DNA of 63,989 nucleotides, filler included, from Thermoplasmatota archaeon (GTDB lineage Archaea; Thermoplasmatota; E2; JACPAO01; JAHFTW01): the NCBI GenBank assembly GCA_041623215.1. It is 9 parts of 9 records of this genome, joined end to end, with 100 filler letters (N's around TTAATTAATTAA, not from the genome) between each part and the next. Parts side by side here need not be neighbours in the genome. Positions count along the whole stretch, not along the records: positions 7,760 to 15,405 come from JBFJXH010000079.1; positions 15,506 to 23,036 come from JBFJXH010000081.1; 7 more parts are not named here. One strand, given 5' to 3'. The notes below the pieces were generated by a model. The model made no database searches, was not told where the DNA came from, and saw nothing but the letters and a program-made list of their open reading frames with translations. Below are positions 9,603-19,362 of the stretch, piece by piece. Both the position numbers and the translations under genes were made by a program. Each line of letters starts with the position of its first letter. Position 1 is the stretch's first letter.

Positions 9603-9695
9603 GAGCGCGCCAGCCCCGGTGCCGTTAAAACCGGCGGCCCGCGTCGGCCGCCCCGCGACGGGTCCGCATCGGTCCCGCGGCAGCCGCCACCTCAT

Positions 9696-9777
9696 GCACG
9701 GTTACCCAAGTGGCCAACGGGGCGAGACTCAAGATCTCCTGCTTAGTGCTTCGCAGGTTCGAATCCTGCACCGTGCA
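9696..9777 (+). tRNA. tRNA-Leu(CAA)
   Basis: Acceptor GCACGGT/ACCGTGC, anticodon loop CTCAAGA, long variable arm, T-arm GCAGG-TTCGAAT-CCTGC. Confidence 0.92.
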
Positions 9778-9942
9778 TTCTCTCGGGCGGCTGCCTACCC
9801 GCACCTTGCGGATACGCCAATCAAGTGTGGCTCGGCCACCAACCGGCCCAGCGAACGCTAAGCCTGGCTGGAATGCGCGTGCTGGTCGCGGGCGACCCGC
9901 GCCCCCTCTGATTCGTAGCGCCCCTGGGAGCTAAAGCCGCGT

Positions 9943-12066
9943 TTAGGCGCTGCACAGCGTGTCAGCCAGACCGTAGAACGGATTGGTCGGGTTGGTGGGC
10001 GACTGGCCAGGCGCCGGCAAGCCCGCGGCACCGTAGAGGAACGCCCGGCAGAGACCTTCGTAGTCGGTGCGGTCGGCCATCCAGGGGGCTGCGGCGGGAT
10101 TGGTCGCTGTCAGGATTTGGAATGGTCCGTCGTAGATTTCCAGGTGGCCCCACGTCGTGTTGCCCATGTCGCCAAATTCGGCGCAGTGGTCTTCGAAGTC
10201 GAAGGTCAAGGCAAACTGCTGGTCTTGTGCGATGTACGTGGTGTTAGCGAAGAAGTCGTCACCATGTAACTCACAGCGGCTGGCGTCCCCGGGGTGCATG
10301 TCAATGTAGGGTCCGCGGCCAACGGTGAGGTAGGCGCGGACTTGGTCCGGGTGCTGCGTCTTGAGCCGGTTGGGGTTGTCGGGCTCGACCGACGGGACAC
10401 TGCCGCCCACGAGCACATCGAACGAGCCGGTGTAGGGCTCGGCCGCCTGGCTGGGTTCGTCGGGAATCAGCAGCACCGGCGTGTAGGGCACGCCGAAGCC
10501 GGGATTGGAGTCGTACGCTGTACCACGCTGGGTCACCATGTAGAAGGGCGTCGCGGTGCTGCGAATGCCAGTGTTGGCATCATCAGTTTCGATGCGGTCG
10601 GCAAGGTCGCGCGCCATGCGGACGCCAACCGGCGTCTGGTTGCCGTAGGCCAACATGGTGTTGGTGGTCACCGAGTGCATGGAGGTCCTGCACGCATCTT
10701 CGTTGGGCGGGTTGCAGTCGCGCACACCAACCAAGAAGTGGTTCCCGGTTCGCACGGGGTCGAGTTGGATGATGGCGCTCGTGGGCACGACGACGGTGCG
10801 GAACCCGCTACCGTATTCGCCGCCGGGCAGGCCGTCGTCGGACGGGTCGCCATTGCCGGTCTGGAACGGCTGGGCGTAAATGGCGGGGTAACTGGCGTAG
10901 CCAGCGTAGCCGGGCACGCCATCATCGTTACGGGTCGTCACGTGGTAGAATTCTAGCATGTAGTTGCCGTCGCGCGCCGGGTTGTATTCATTGAACCCGT
11001 AGTCCTCATAGAGGCTAATGCTCACGGCTAGGCTGAAGTCGCTGCGATCTTCGTACACGACGGTGCCGGCCGGGGTTCGAAGCGGAACGCTCGGCACGAA
11101 TTGGCGCACGGTGTCGCCGACCGGCTGCAGCGCGCCCTCGGGGCTGTATTGGAAGTCCGCTTGCGGGAACACGATGCGCGCAAGGAAGCCGTCGCCCGTG
11201 CTGGTTCCTCGCATGCCCATGTCGCCGCCACTCTTGTAGAGCTCAATGGGCGTCGAGAGGTTGACGCCGAAGTTGCGGAAGAAGTTCGATTCCATGTTGT
11301 CCGCTTCCCGGGTGCCGGCGCGCTTCAGGAGGCCGTTGTGAATGAGGTAATTGGTGGTTGCCGAGTGGAACGATTCACCGCACAAGTCAACCTCGTAGTA
11401 GCGGTCAGGGCTCGTTGGTGCGACCCAACTGCGGGTCCAGTTCTGGTGGTGGCAGCCTGACACGGATACGGCGAAGCGCGCTGTGGTGCTCTCGAGCGTG
11501 TTGGCAATCACGTAATCCTCAAGGACGGAGACCGGAACGCCGATGCGTTCACCCGCGTAGCGCGGGCCGTCCTCGTACATGCTGAGGGTTCCATCTAGGC
11601 TGATGGGTGCTGTGTAAATGGCCTCGCGCTCGAAGTTGGGATTATTGGCGCGAGCCGGGTAGATGTTGAGTTGGAGGGTGGCTTGGTCGCCCAGCGCGGG
11701 GGAAATGGGCGACATGCCGTACGTGTTGCCATCGTACCAGCTTTCGTGGGGTCCAGTCCAAACGGCCACGTCGAAGTAGACCAGTTCGTTTTCCCGCAGG
11801 TCCAACACCGTTGCGGCGGGCGTACGGGTCGGAACACCCGGCAGACCATCGGCGACATCCGCCAGGGTGGCATTACCGGTGAAGTTGTTTTGGTGGATAT
11901 CCTCCACCGACTGAGGTAGCGTAATGCGAGCTACGAAGCGGTCGCCCATGTCAACGAGTCGACTGCCCGGAACTAGCGGGTGGTCGTCCGCGATGGACAG
12001 GGGTACAAGGGCAACGGCTAGGAGTGCCGCTGTGACAGCGAGTGTTAAGGGAAGTCGGTTGTCCAT
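9943..12066 (-). CDS. Secreted hypothetical protein with an internally duplicated domain
   Basis: Signal peptide; repeats GDRFVARITLPQ..PGVPTRTPAATV and GDGFLARIVFPQ..PSVPLRTPAGTV. Confidence 0.7.
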   Translation of the reverse strand: MDNRLPLTLAVTAALLAVALVPLSIADDHPLVPGSRLVDMGDRFVARITLPQSVEDIHQNNFTGNATLADVADGLPGVPTRTPAATVLDLRENELVYFDVAVWTGPHESWYDGNTYGMSPISPALGDQATLQLNIYPARANNPNFEREAIYTAPISLDGTLSMYEDGPRYAGERIGVPVSVLEDYVIANTLESTTARFAVSVSGCHHQNWTRSWVAPTSPDRYYEVDLCGESFHSATTNYLIHNGLLKRAGTREADNMESNFFRNFGVNLSTPIELYKSGGDMGMRGTSTGDGFLARIVFPQADFQYSPEGALQPVGDTVRQFVPSVPLRTPAGTVVYEDRSDFSLAVSISLYEDYGFNEYNPARDGNYMLEFYHVTTRNDDGVPGYAGYASYPAIYAQPFQTGNGDPSDDGLPGGEYGSGFRTVVVPTSAIIQLDPVRTGNHFLVGVRDCNPPNEDACRTSMHSVTTNTMLAYGNQTPVGVRMARDLADRIETDDANTGIRSTATPFYMVTQRGTAYDSNPGFGVPYTPVLLIPDEPSQAAEPYTGSFDVLVGGSVPSVEPDNPNRLKTQHPDQVRAYLTVGRGPYIDMHPGDASRCELHGDDFFANTTYIAQDQQFALTFDFEDHCAEFGDMGNTTWGHLEIYDGPFQILTATNPAAAPWMADRTDYEGLCRAFLYGAAGLPAPGQSPTNPTNPFYGLADTLCSA

Positions 12067-12205
12067 TGGTCTACCACCGGACGAGATTGGTGCTTCAGCC
12101 CCCTCGGCTACTTGAGCCTAGTTGTGCGTGCATGGTGCGTCAACAGGAGGGCCGAAAGCGCAGTGCACCCCAACCCCTAAAACCATACCGGCCGGTCCAT
12201 TTCGC

Positions 12206-14581
12206 ATGGAAACTCGGGTGGTCGTGCTGGCGGTAGCTGTCCTCTTGGCGGCCACGGCACTGCCAACAGAGGGAGCGTGGCAGCAATTTCGCTACAACCC
12301 CGCCCACGAAGCGCGGACCGACGTTCCGGCAGGCATCTTGTCTGCCACCGATCGCTTCGTTACCACTCCAGGCCCGATTCTTTCCGGCATCACGACGGCC
12401 GAGATTGACGGCGAACGAATCGCGTTCTACGGAACCTACACGGGCATCAACCAGCCTGGTGAACTGTTGGCCACACGCGCTGATGGCTCCACCTTGTGGG
12501 CTCGCGCGCAGGCTGTGCCAGCACCAGCTGGCTACATCGCCACGCCAACGGTACGTGATCTAAACGGCGACGGCGCGTTGGAGGTCATCGTGGCCAGCCT
12601 GGACGATTCCACGGTCCGCGTCCACGACGCACGTACCGGCGGCGTCCAATGCAGCGCCACGGTTGGCACAGCAGGCCGCGACCTGCTGGCATCCTCGGCC
12701 ATGGTGGCTGACTTGGATGCTACACGCCCCGGCCTCGAATTCGTCATTGGCGGCTCGAAAGGCAACGAGGCAGGCAGCCTGATGGTTTTCGACCAGCATT
12801 GCAACGAAGTGTGGTCGGCGGTATTGGATGGACCCGCCTGGTCCTCGGCGCTCATCCAGGACTTGGATGGCGATGATACGCTTGAGGTGGCTATCACCAC
12901 AGGTCTGCCCGAAGCCATTGAAATTCTGTTCCCGAACGCCAAAAGCGGCGGCCAGGGACTATTCGTGTTCGAGCAAGATGGTTCGCTGCACTGCAGCCAC
13001 GTCATGGCCGCTGCCAGCATGGGCAGCCCGGTCGCCGCCGACATTGACAACGATGGCGGGATTGAAATTGTGGCTGCCGACACCCTGAGTCAGACGCGTG
13101 TTCTCAACGCCGATTGCTCGCTGCAAGTCACCATTCCCACAAGCGGGATTGGTACGCCCGTGCTGCACGACATTGACGACGACGGTGTCATCGAGGTCAT
13201 TTACGGCGACTGGACCACGGTCCGCGCCTGGGAAGTTACGACGACAGGGCGCAGTTTGGACTATCGTGTTTCGCTGCCGTGGAAGCCGAGCGACGTCGAC
13301 CCCTGGGTGCTTTCCAGCGTCGCGCTTGGCGACCTCGACAACGACGGCGACATGGACGTCGTGGCTGCCACGACGCCGGTTCGCGTCAATCTCGAGTCGC
13401 CGTTGGAATCCGATGCATTGCCGGGTACCGTGTATGGCATCGACCTTGCCAATGAGGCGATTCTCTGGGCTTACGAATTGCCCAACGACGGCGCCATCAG
13501 CAGCCCCGCCATCGACGACCTCGACGGCGACGGCTGGGCCGAGGTAATCATCGGCGAAGGGGTGCCGCTAATTGGCGATGGAGGGGCGTTGCATGTCATC
13601 GAGAATGCGAACCCCATCATTCGCGCGGTAGCCTCTACGACGCCCGACCCGATGGCAACCAAACCTGTAGCCTTCGTCGCCAACGTGATTGACGGTGACC
13701 AAAGCACGGCCAGCCTTGCTTACCTGTGGGACTTTGGCGACGGCAACACCAGCACCGCGCACGCGCCCAGTCACCGATTTGGCCCAGACCGGGCAGGTGC
13801 GAACATTGTGCTGCTCACCGTAAGCGACGCCGAGCATTCATGGCAAGAGAGTTTCGTCGTCCACCTGCGCGAGCATCGGGAGGCCACGTCGTCGGCGGTC
13901 GCCGTGGCGGAGGACCAACCGCGCGACCCCGGGGCGGCCGTCACGCTGCAAGGAACCCTCACCAACATGGGGTCGGTCCCAGACACCTTCCGCTTTACCT
14001 CATCGTACCAAACCGCTTGGCAGATGTCGCTGCCAGGAGATCTCACCCTGGCGCCCGGGGCGACCGCCGACATCTCGGTGCCAGCGGTCGTACCGTCGTC
14101 CGGGGCCACGCCCGTGGTGTCCATCCGGGCGACAAGTCTGGGAGATGCAACCGTTGAAACCCAAATCGCGTGGACGTTCGGAGGCTCGCTGCGCTTCATC
14201 CTGGACATGGATGGCGACTTCAGCAGGCCCTACTTTGCATCCAACCGGCACCCGGGCATGCATGACCAGCCGGTAGCGGGTACGCTGGTCATGGACCAAG
14301 GAGACGAAGGCATTGCCAACGTCACGGTGACCTTGCAACGCGTCCAGGAAACGAGCACATCCACGGTGCTAGCAATTCTTACTGGAGGGGGTGCAGGGGC
14401 AACCAGCCCTGCGTTGGCGGTTACTGACGACAACGGCGTGGCCCATTTCTCCTTCACCGACGACGCTAGTCGCACCCCTGGGCGGCATAGGGTGACGGCC
14501 ACGGCCACGTACGACGATACAACCTACACAGCCATCACGTACTACGAAATTCGTGCCCCGCCTGCTTTGGCGGATTCTTGA
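12206..14581 (+). CDS. Secreted FG-GAP/VCBS-repeat beta-propeller protein with PKD and Ig-like domains
   Basis: Signal peptide; repeated DLxGDGxxEV motifs; YLWDFGDG PKD motif. Confidence 0.85.
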   Translation: METRVVVLAVAVLLAATALPTEGAWQQFRYNPAHEARTDVPAGILSATDRFVTTPGPILSGITTAEIDGERIAFYGTYTGINQPGELLATRADGSTLWARAQAVPAPAGYIATPTVRDLNGDGALEVIVASLDDSTVRVHDARTGGVQCSATVGTAGRDLLASSAMVADLDATRPGLEFVIGGSKGNEAGSLMVFDQHCNEVWSAVLDGPAWSSALIQDLDGDDTLEVAITTGLPEAIEILFPNAKSGGQGLFVFEQDGSLHCSHVMAAASMGSPVAADIDNDGGIEIVAADTLSQTRVLNADCSLQVTIPTSGIGTPVLHDIDDDGVIEVIYGDWTTVRAWEVTTTGRSLDYRVSLPWKPSDVDPWVLSSVALGDLDNDGDMDVVAATTPVRVNLESPLESDALPGTVYGIDLANEAILWAYELPNDGAISSPAIDDLDGDGWAEVIIGEGVPLIGDGGALHVIENANPIIRAVASTTPDPMATKPVAFVANVIDGDQSTASLAYLWDFGDGNTSTAHAPSHRFGPDRAGANIVLLTVSDAEHSWQESFVVHLREHREATSSAVAVAEDQPRDPGAAVTLQGTLTNMGSVPDTFRFTSSYQTAWQMSLPGDLTLAPGATADISVPAVVPSSGATPVVSIRATSLGDATVETQIAWTFGGSLRFILDMDGDFSRPYFASNRHPGMHDQPVAGTLVMDQGDEGIANVTVTLQRVQETSTSTVLAILTGGGAGATSPALAVTDDNGVAHFSFTDDASRTPGRHRVTATATYDDTTYTAITYYEIRAPPALADS

Positions 14582-14582
14582 C

Positions 14583-15191
14583 ATGCCGACGTTGTTGCAG
14601 GAGCGGATGTCGGCGCCCGTGCATCACGGGCCACTCGATGATGCAACGGTGGTGGCGAGTCTTGGCAATCCCGCCTGCGGGGATGTCCTGACCTTGCACC
14701 TGCGTCTCGTGGGGGACACCGTAGCAGCAGCGTCGTTCGAGAGCTTAGGAAGCCCCTACCAGTTGGCAACCGCCAGCGTGCTCTGCGACTGCATTGTTGG
14801 CGGGACGCTAGAGTCGGCCAGGGCACGAAGTCCCACCTGCGTGTTGGAAAAACTGCCCGACCTCCCCCGAAATGCCCGGTACCTTGCCCGGCTTGCTGTG
14901 GATGTGCTTCACAAGGCACTCGACGAAGGCGAGGGGAAAGACGTCAGCGAGCCCTGTGGTGATGGTCGGCGCCGCATGGGCCGCGGCGAGGCGGAAGCTT
15001 GGCTCCGCGGTCTTTTGCAGGATGGCGCCGCACTGCCCGCTAGTGCGATTGACGATGAGGCGGTCAAGCAAGGCGTTTGTTTGCCGGGGTCCACCCTACA
15101 ATTCCTGAGCGTCTTGCGGCGCGAAGGGACCGCTGCCTCGGACGCGGATGCCACGACGAAGCAGTGGCTGTGGCGGTTGGCTGACGCTTGA
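14583..15191 (+). CDS. IscU/SufU/NifU-N-like scaffold domain fused to a C-terminal wHTH-like domain (degenerate cluster ligands)
   Basis: GNPACGDVLTLHL..ASFESLGS..ATAS; canonical Cys2 and Cys3 positions are substituted. Confidence 0.75.
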   Translation: MPTLLQERMSAPVHHGPLDDATVVASLGNPACGDVLTLHLRLVGDTVAAASFESLGSPYQLATASVLCDCIVGGTLESARARSPTCVLEKLPDLPRNARYLARLAVDVLHKALDEGEGKDVSEPCGDGRRRMGRGEAEAWLRGLLQDGAALPASAIDDEAVKQGVCLPGSTLQFLSVLRREGTAASDADATTKQWLWRLADA

Positions 15192-15764
15192 GCGGGTGTA
15201 CACGATGTCTGGGGCGATGCCTCATGAGCCCCGTGGCCCGCCGGGAACGGCACCCGGGCTCTGACCTAGCTCTTGGAGTTGTGCCCCGGATCTGGCTGGC
15301 TCTGCTTGCCGCCGCCGCGCCCCCGGACCAACCGGGCGCAGGCTCGCAGTGTGGCTGGCACGCGCCATGTAAGCAACCATGTGACCGTGAGCACACCGAC
15401 AAACANNNNNNNNNNNNNNNNNNNNNNNNNNNNNNNNNNNNNNNNNNNNTTAATTAATTAANNNNNNNNNNNNNNNNNNNNNNNNNNNNNNNNNNNNNNN
15501 NNNNNCCCCGGCCGCAACGCATTGCCGAAGCCGAGCATGCCCCGCCTGAGCGGGAGGCGCAGCCGGTAGTTCGCGTGCAACCGCCGCGGCCCTGATTTCT
15601 GTGCCGTTACCTAACCCAGGCCCGCCTTCCTACCTACCACCGCATCTAGGCGGGCCTGGGCACACCACCATGGGGAGAGAGGCCAGATCCGCCTTGACAG
15701 TGTCGCTTGCCACCAAGCAAATGCAATCGGAAGCGCCAACAAGCTGACAAACCTGCCTTGGCCC

Positions 15765-16034
15765 GTGGCTCGCAACGACGCCCCCTTCGACGCCTGGAGC
15801 CTCATTCATTTTGGGGCCGCCGTGGTGCTGACATGGCTGCTGGGGCCGCTGGCGGCCCTGTTCATCGTCGTCGCCTGGGAGCCTCTTGAGGTGCTCGTCT
15901 TGTCCCGGCTTGCAGCACGATGGTTCAAGATTGAATTCGGCAACGAGGGTCGCGTCAACATCCTCTTCGACCTCATTATGGACATGGCAGGCGTCGCCTT
16001 TGGAGCGTGGATTCTTCCAGCGCCATGGGGTTGA
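15765..16034 (+). CDS. Small membrane protein
   Basis: Hydrophobic helices with D-x-WS-x-x-H, WE..E and E...N...D pattern. Confidence 0.6.
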   Translation: MARNDAPFDAWSLIHFGAAVVLTWLLGPLAALFIVVAWEPLEVLVLSRLAARWFKIEFGNEGRVNILFDLIMDMAGVAFGAWILPAPWG

Positions 16035-16077
16035 GCTTGACACGCATGGTCCGGTGCAATCGGTCCCGCGCCCGGCT

Positions 16078-16500
16078 TCACTGCGCTTTGTAGCCGGGCG
16101 GCTCCCAAACTGGCGCTAGCCCAAGATCTTCGCCGGCTGGATGCCCTAGGTCATGGAGACATTGTCTAAGGAATTCCCTTGTTGCCACGTCCGGGTCCAC
16201 GGTGTCCTGCCACACGATGATATCGAGATCGAGCTCACGCGCCGCCCACCGATCTGCGCTGCGAACACGGCCTTCCCGTCGTTCGATGTCCCGGCACAGT
16301 TCCCGAAGTGAATCCGAGTCATCGCCCCAGGCCACTTGCACGCACCCGTTCCAATAATCGGCCTGCTCCAGTCGGTGGAGGGCGGCCGTCTGGTAGAAAC
16401 GACTGCTGGCCTCAATCTCCGCCGATGCGTGCAATTGCTCAAGGCCTCGCGGCACGTGGAGTTCGGGCTCGATATTGCTGCCGACCGCGATAATTGTCAT
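16078..16500 (-). CDS. folK: 6-hydroxymethyl-7,8-dihydropterin pyrophosphokinase
   Basis: IAVGSNI, SRFYQT, IERREGRVR..RWAARELDLDII. Confidence 0.9.
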   Translation of the reverse strand: MTIIAVGSNIEPELHVPRGLEQLHASAEIEASSRFYQTAALHRLEQADYWNGCVQVAWGDDSDSLRELCRDIERREGRVRSADRWAARELDLDIIVWQDTVDPDVATREFLRQCLHDLGHPAGEDLGLAPVWEPPGYKAQ

Positions 16501-16862
16501 GCCGTGGCCGCTTGCGCGCGATGAATTTCGACGGCGACAGAGTCAGAAAAACGCAAGGCCCCCGGCTTATCCACGGACACATCGACGGCAATAACGTTCG
16601 CGCGCGACAAGACCTTACTCGCTAGGTGCTCGGCCAGCGTTTCAAGTAATTCGTGAGGCGTCGACTCAACGTAAGCAACCACTTCGTCCCGGATGCCTTT
16701 GTAATCAACGGTGAACTGCAAATCGTCGGTGGCTGCCGCCTTGCGTTGATCATGATGTATGGTGATGTTGATGACGATGTCTTGGCGGGCCTTCTTTTCC
16801 CACTCGGCAACACCGATATTCATGCGCACGCGAAGATCTCGGATGTGAATGCGGTCGCTCAC
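16497..16862 (-). CDS. folB: Dihydroneopterin aldolase/epimerase
   Basis: DRIHIRDL..IGVAEWEK..Q, TVDY, LLETLAE, VDKPGA; 4-bp overlap with folK. Confidence 0.9.
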   Translation of the reverse strand: MSDRIHIRDLRVRMNIGVAEWEKKARQDIVINITIHHDQRKAAATDDLQFTVDYKGIRDEVVAYVESTPHELLETLAEHLASKVLSRANVIAVDVSVDKPGALRFSDSVAVEIHRAQAATA

Positions 16863-16987
16863 GGCCAGCCATGGCGGGTGACGGACAAGACTTGTGCGGT
16901 TGGATGGCACCGCAGGCAGCCGTGCGCTTGTCCCCATCCAAGAGAATGAGCCTGGCCCCTTATGGCCCCGCGCAAAGTAGTGCCTTC

Positions 16988-17413
16988 ATGACCCAAGGTA
17001 TGGTCGCGACCGTCCGCTCGCCTTCGACCCGTCGCCCGTTTGGCCGCGTAATTGTCCCCGTTAAAGGCGACGATGATGACCTGTTGGTCCACGATGCGGC
17101 CACGGCGCTTGCGCAGTGCCTTTCCATCGGTGTCCACGTATTCCATGTGACCCCTCAACGCCTCGACGCTGACGATGAGGGCGCACTTTTCGGGCCTGTG
17201 TGGGCCATGGCGGTAAGTCGCAAAGTGCCTGTTGAAGCTACGGTGCTCATTGGAAATGACGTTATCGCGGAATTGCTTGACGTCCTAGACCCGCATGACC
17301 TCGTTGTCATGGGGACCCGCCGACTCAGCGAAGACTACTACATGGGAAGCGTGGCGCGGCGCCTCATCAGTCGAGCCCCTTGTCCAATTCAGGTCATGCG
17401 GCTTGATCCATAG
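16988..17413 (+). CDS. Universal stress protein (Usp family)
   Basis: VIVPVKG, VHVFHV, DLVVMGT..MGSVARRLISRAPCPI. Confidence 0.85.
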   Translation: MTQGMVATVRSPSTRRPFGRVIVPVKGDDDDLLVHDAATALAQCLSIGVHVFHVTPQRLDADDEGALFGPVWAMAVSRKVPVEATVLIGNDVIAELLDVLDPHDLVVMGTRRLSEDYYMGSVARRLISRAPCPIQVMRLDP

Positions 17414-17533
17414 GGGTCCGGCACCACGCTGCGGGGCCATCGAACGAAGTGCCCCTGCTACCTGGGCTGGCGGGCAGCGTCGCGTGCCGCCACCGGGCAC
17501 CACGCTCAAGAGCCCGCGCTGGTAGCCCCGCTT

Positions 17534-19345
17534 GTGCAGCCACTGGTTCGCGCTGACGGCATCAGCAAATCGTACGGTTCAGCGCACATTCTGGAAGGCG
17601 CATCGTTTGTCATTCATCCCGGGGACAAGGTGGCGCTAGTTGGCCCCAACGGAAGCGGCAAGACCACGCTGTTTAAGCTCCTCGCTGGCCACATTCGGGC
17701 CGATTTAGGCGAATTCGAGACCAAAGGCGACCTGCGCATCGCCTACCTCCCCCAAGTGCCGGACATTCCCAGCAACACGCCCGTCGTAGATTTGCTATCG
17801 GCACCAACGGCTCGTGCTCAAGCGTTGGAGCGGGATGTGGCCGCCATCGAAGCCTGGATGGCCCAACCAGACGCGTGGGATGCCCCGGATGCGAGTGAAC
17901 GCATGGAGCGCTATGCGGAGCTACAGCAAAGATTGGGAGAAGAGCGTTCGAAGGGCACCGCCACGGATTCGCCCTTGCTCAATCACCTTGGCATCCCCGA
18001 GGGGACCCTGGAGAAGACGTTCGGGCAACTATCCGGAGGCGAGCGAAGCAAAGTGCTCCTTTGCAAGGCACTCTCGGCCGCCAAGGACACCGACCTGTTG
18101 CTGCTGGATGAACCCACGAACCACATGGACATCGACACGGTCGAATTCATTGAGAGCTATGTTCGCGATTTGGACGCGGCCGTCTTAATTTCGGCCCATG
18201 ACGAGTACCTGCTGGACAACATCGCCACACGCGTCTTCGAAGTGGACCATCGGCGCGTCGCGCAATACGCCGGCAATTACTCAAGTTACCGCGGCCAGCG
18301 CGAGGCGCTACGGCGCGCCATCGAAGCCAAGAAGAAGCGTCAATTCAACGAGGTCAAACGGCAATTAGCCATCATTGAGGAACTCAAGAGCCGCAACCGG
18401 TTTGACGCGCAAGTCAAGAGCCGCAAGACGCGGCTGGCCGGGCAGCAGGCGCAGGACCGCCACATTCCGGAAGCTCCCACTGCCCGCAAAGGCTTCCGGC
18501 TGTTGTTTGACAACGACAATCCCCCTCGCCAATCGATGCAGTTTGACGGTCTTGCCAAGCGCTTTGGCAATCGCGTACTGTTCGATGGGGCCACGTTTGA
18601 AATCGAGGGTGGCGACCACGTCGGCGTGATTGGCCCCAACGGTTGCGGGAAATCGACGTTTTTACGCATGCTTACGGGCGAACATGAGCCAGACGGCGGC
18701 CACCTAGAAATCGCCCCCGGCGTCAAAGTGGGCTACTTTGACCAGCACCATAGCTCGCTGGATCCTGAGCGCACGCTCATCGAGGAAGCCCGCACCCTTC
18801 GCAATCCGCCGCCGCCCGATGAGTGGACGCGCGGTTTGTTGGGGCGCTTCAAGTTTAGCGGCGATGATGTGTTCAAGCGTGTTAAGGACCTTTCAGGCGG
18901 GGAACGGGCTCGACTGGCGCTTGCCAAGTTCATCGTTGATCGCCACAACACGCTGATTCTTGACGAACCCACGAACCACTTGGATATTGAGTCGCAGCAA
19001 ATTGTCGCGTCGGCGCTGCGAGACTACGAGGGAACCATCATCGTTGTGAGCCACAACCGTGCCTTCCTCGATGCCACGACCGATCGGACGTTGGTCATTG
19101 CCCACAAGCGACTTCGCATGTTTGGTGGCAACTTCAGCCATGCACGTGCATCCAAGCAGATGAGCGACTTCATCCAGACCGGAGTAAAGGGCCGCTACCG
19201 CGTCATGAAGACGTTCAAGGATTGGGAAAAGGACGAGAAGCACTACCAGGGCACCACGTTGGAAGTAACCGGGCTAGAGACCCAAGGGTTCAGGAGATTG
19301 CTGCGGACGGCCGAGGCGGAAGGCTGGATTGAAAGTGTGACGTAG
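17534..19345 (+). CDS. ABC-F family ATPase
   Basis: Two NBDs (GPNGSGKT, GPNGCGKS), LSGGE, LDEPTNH twice, no TM segments. Confidence 0.92.
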   Translation: MQPLVRADGISKSYGSAHILEGASFVIHPGDKVALVGPNGSGKTTLFKLLAGHIRADLGEFETKGDLRIAYLPQVPDIPSNTPVVDLLSAPTARAQALERDVAAIEAWMAQPDAWDAPDASERMERYAELQQRLGEERSKGTATDSPLLNHLGIPEGTLEKTFGQLSGGERSKVLLCKALSAAKDTDLLLLDEPTNHMDIDTVEFIESYVRDLDAAVLISAHDEYLLDNIATRVFEVDHRRVAQYAGNYSSYRGQREALRRAIEAKKKRQFNEVKRQLAIIEELKSRNRFDAQVKSRKTRLAGQQAQDRHIPEAPTARKGFRLLFDNDNPPRQSMQFDGLAKRFGNRVLFDGATFEIEGGDHVGVIGPNGCGKSTFLRMLTGEHEPDGGHLEIAPGVKVGYFDQHHSSLDPERTLIEEARTLRNPPPPDEWTRGLLGRFKFSGDDVFKRVKDLSGGERARLALAKFIVDRHNTLILDEPTNHLDIESQQIVASALRDYEGTIIVVSHNRAFLDATTDRTLVIAHKRLRMFGGNFSHARASKQMSDFIQTGVKGRYRVMKTFKDWEKDEKHYQGTTLEVTGLETQGFRRLLRTAEAEGWIESVT

Positions 19346-19362
19346 CCACCGCTGGGGCGGGT

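Noticed and set aside
9696..9777. tRNA-Leu as a pseudogene (C:C mismatch at the top of the anticodon stem)
   Set aside because: All other stems and conserved bases are intact; a single 27:43 mismatch is tolerated.
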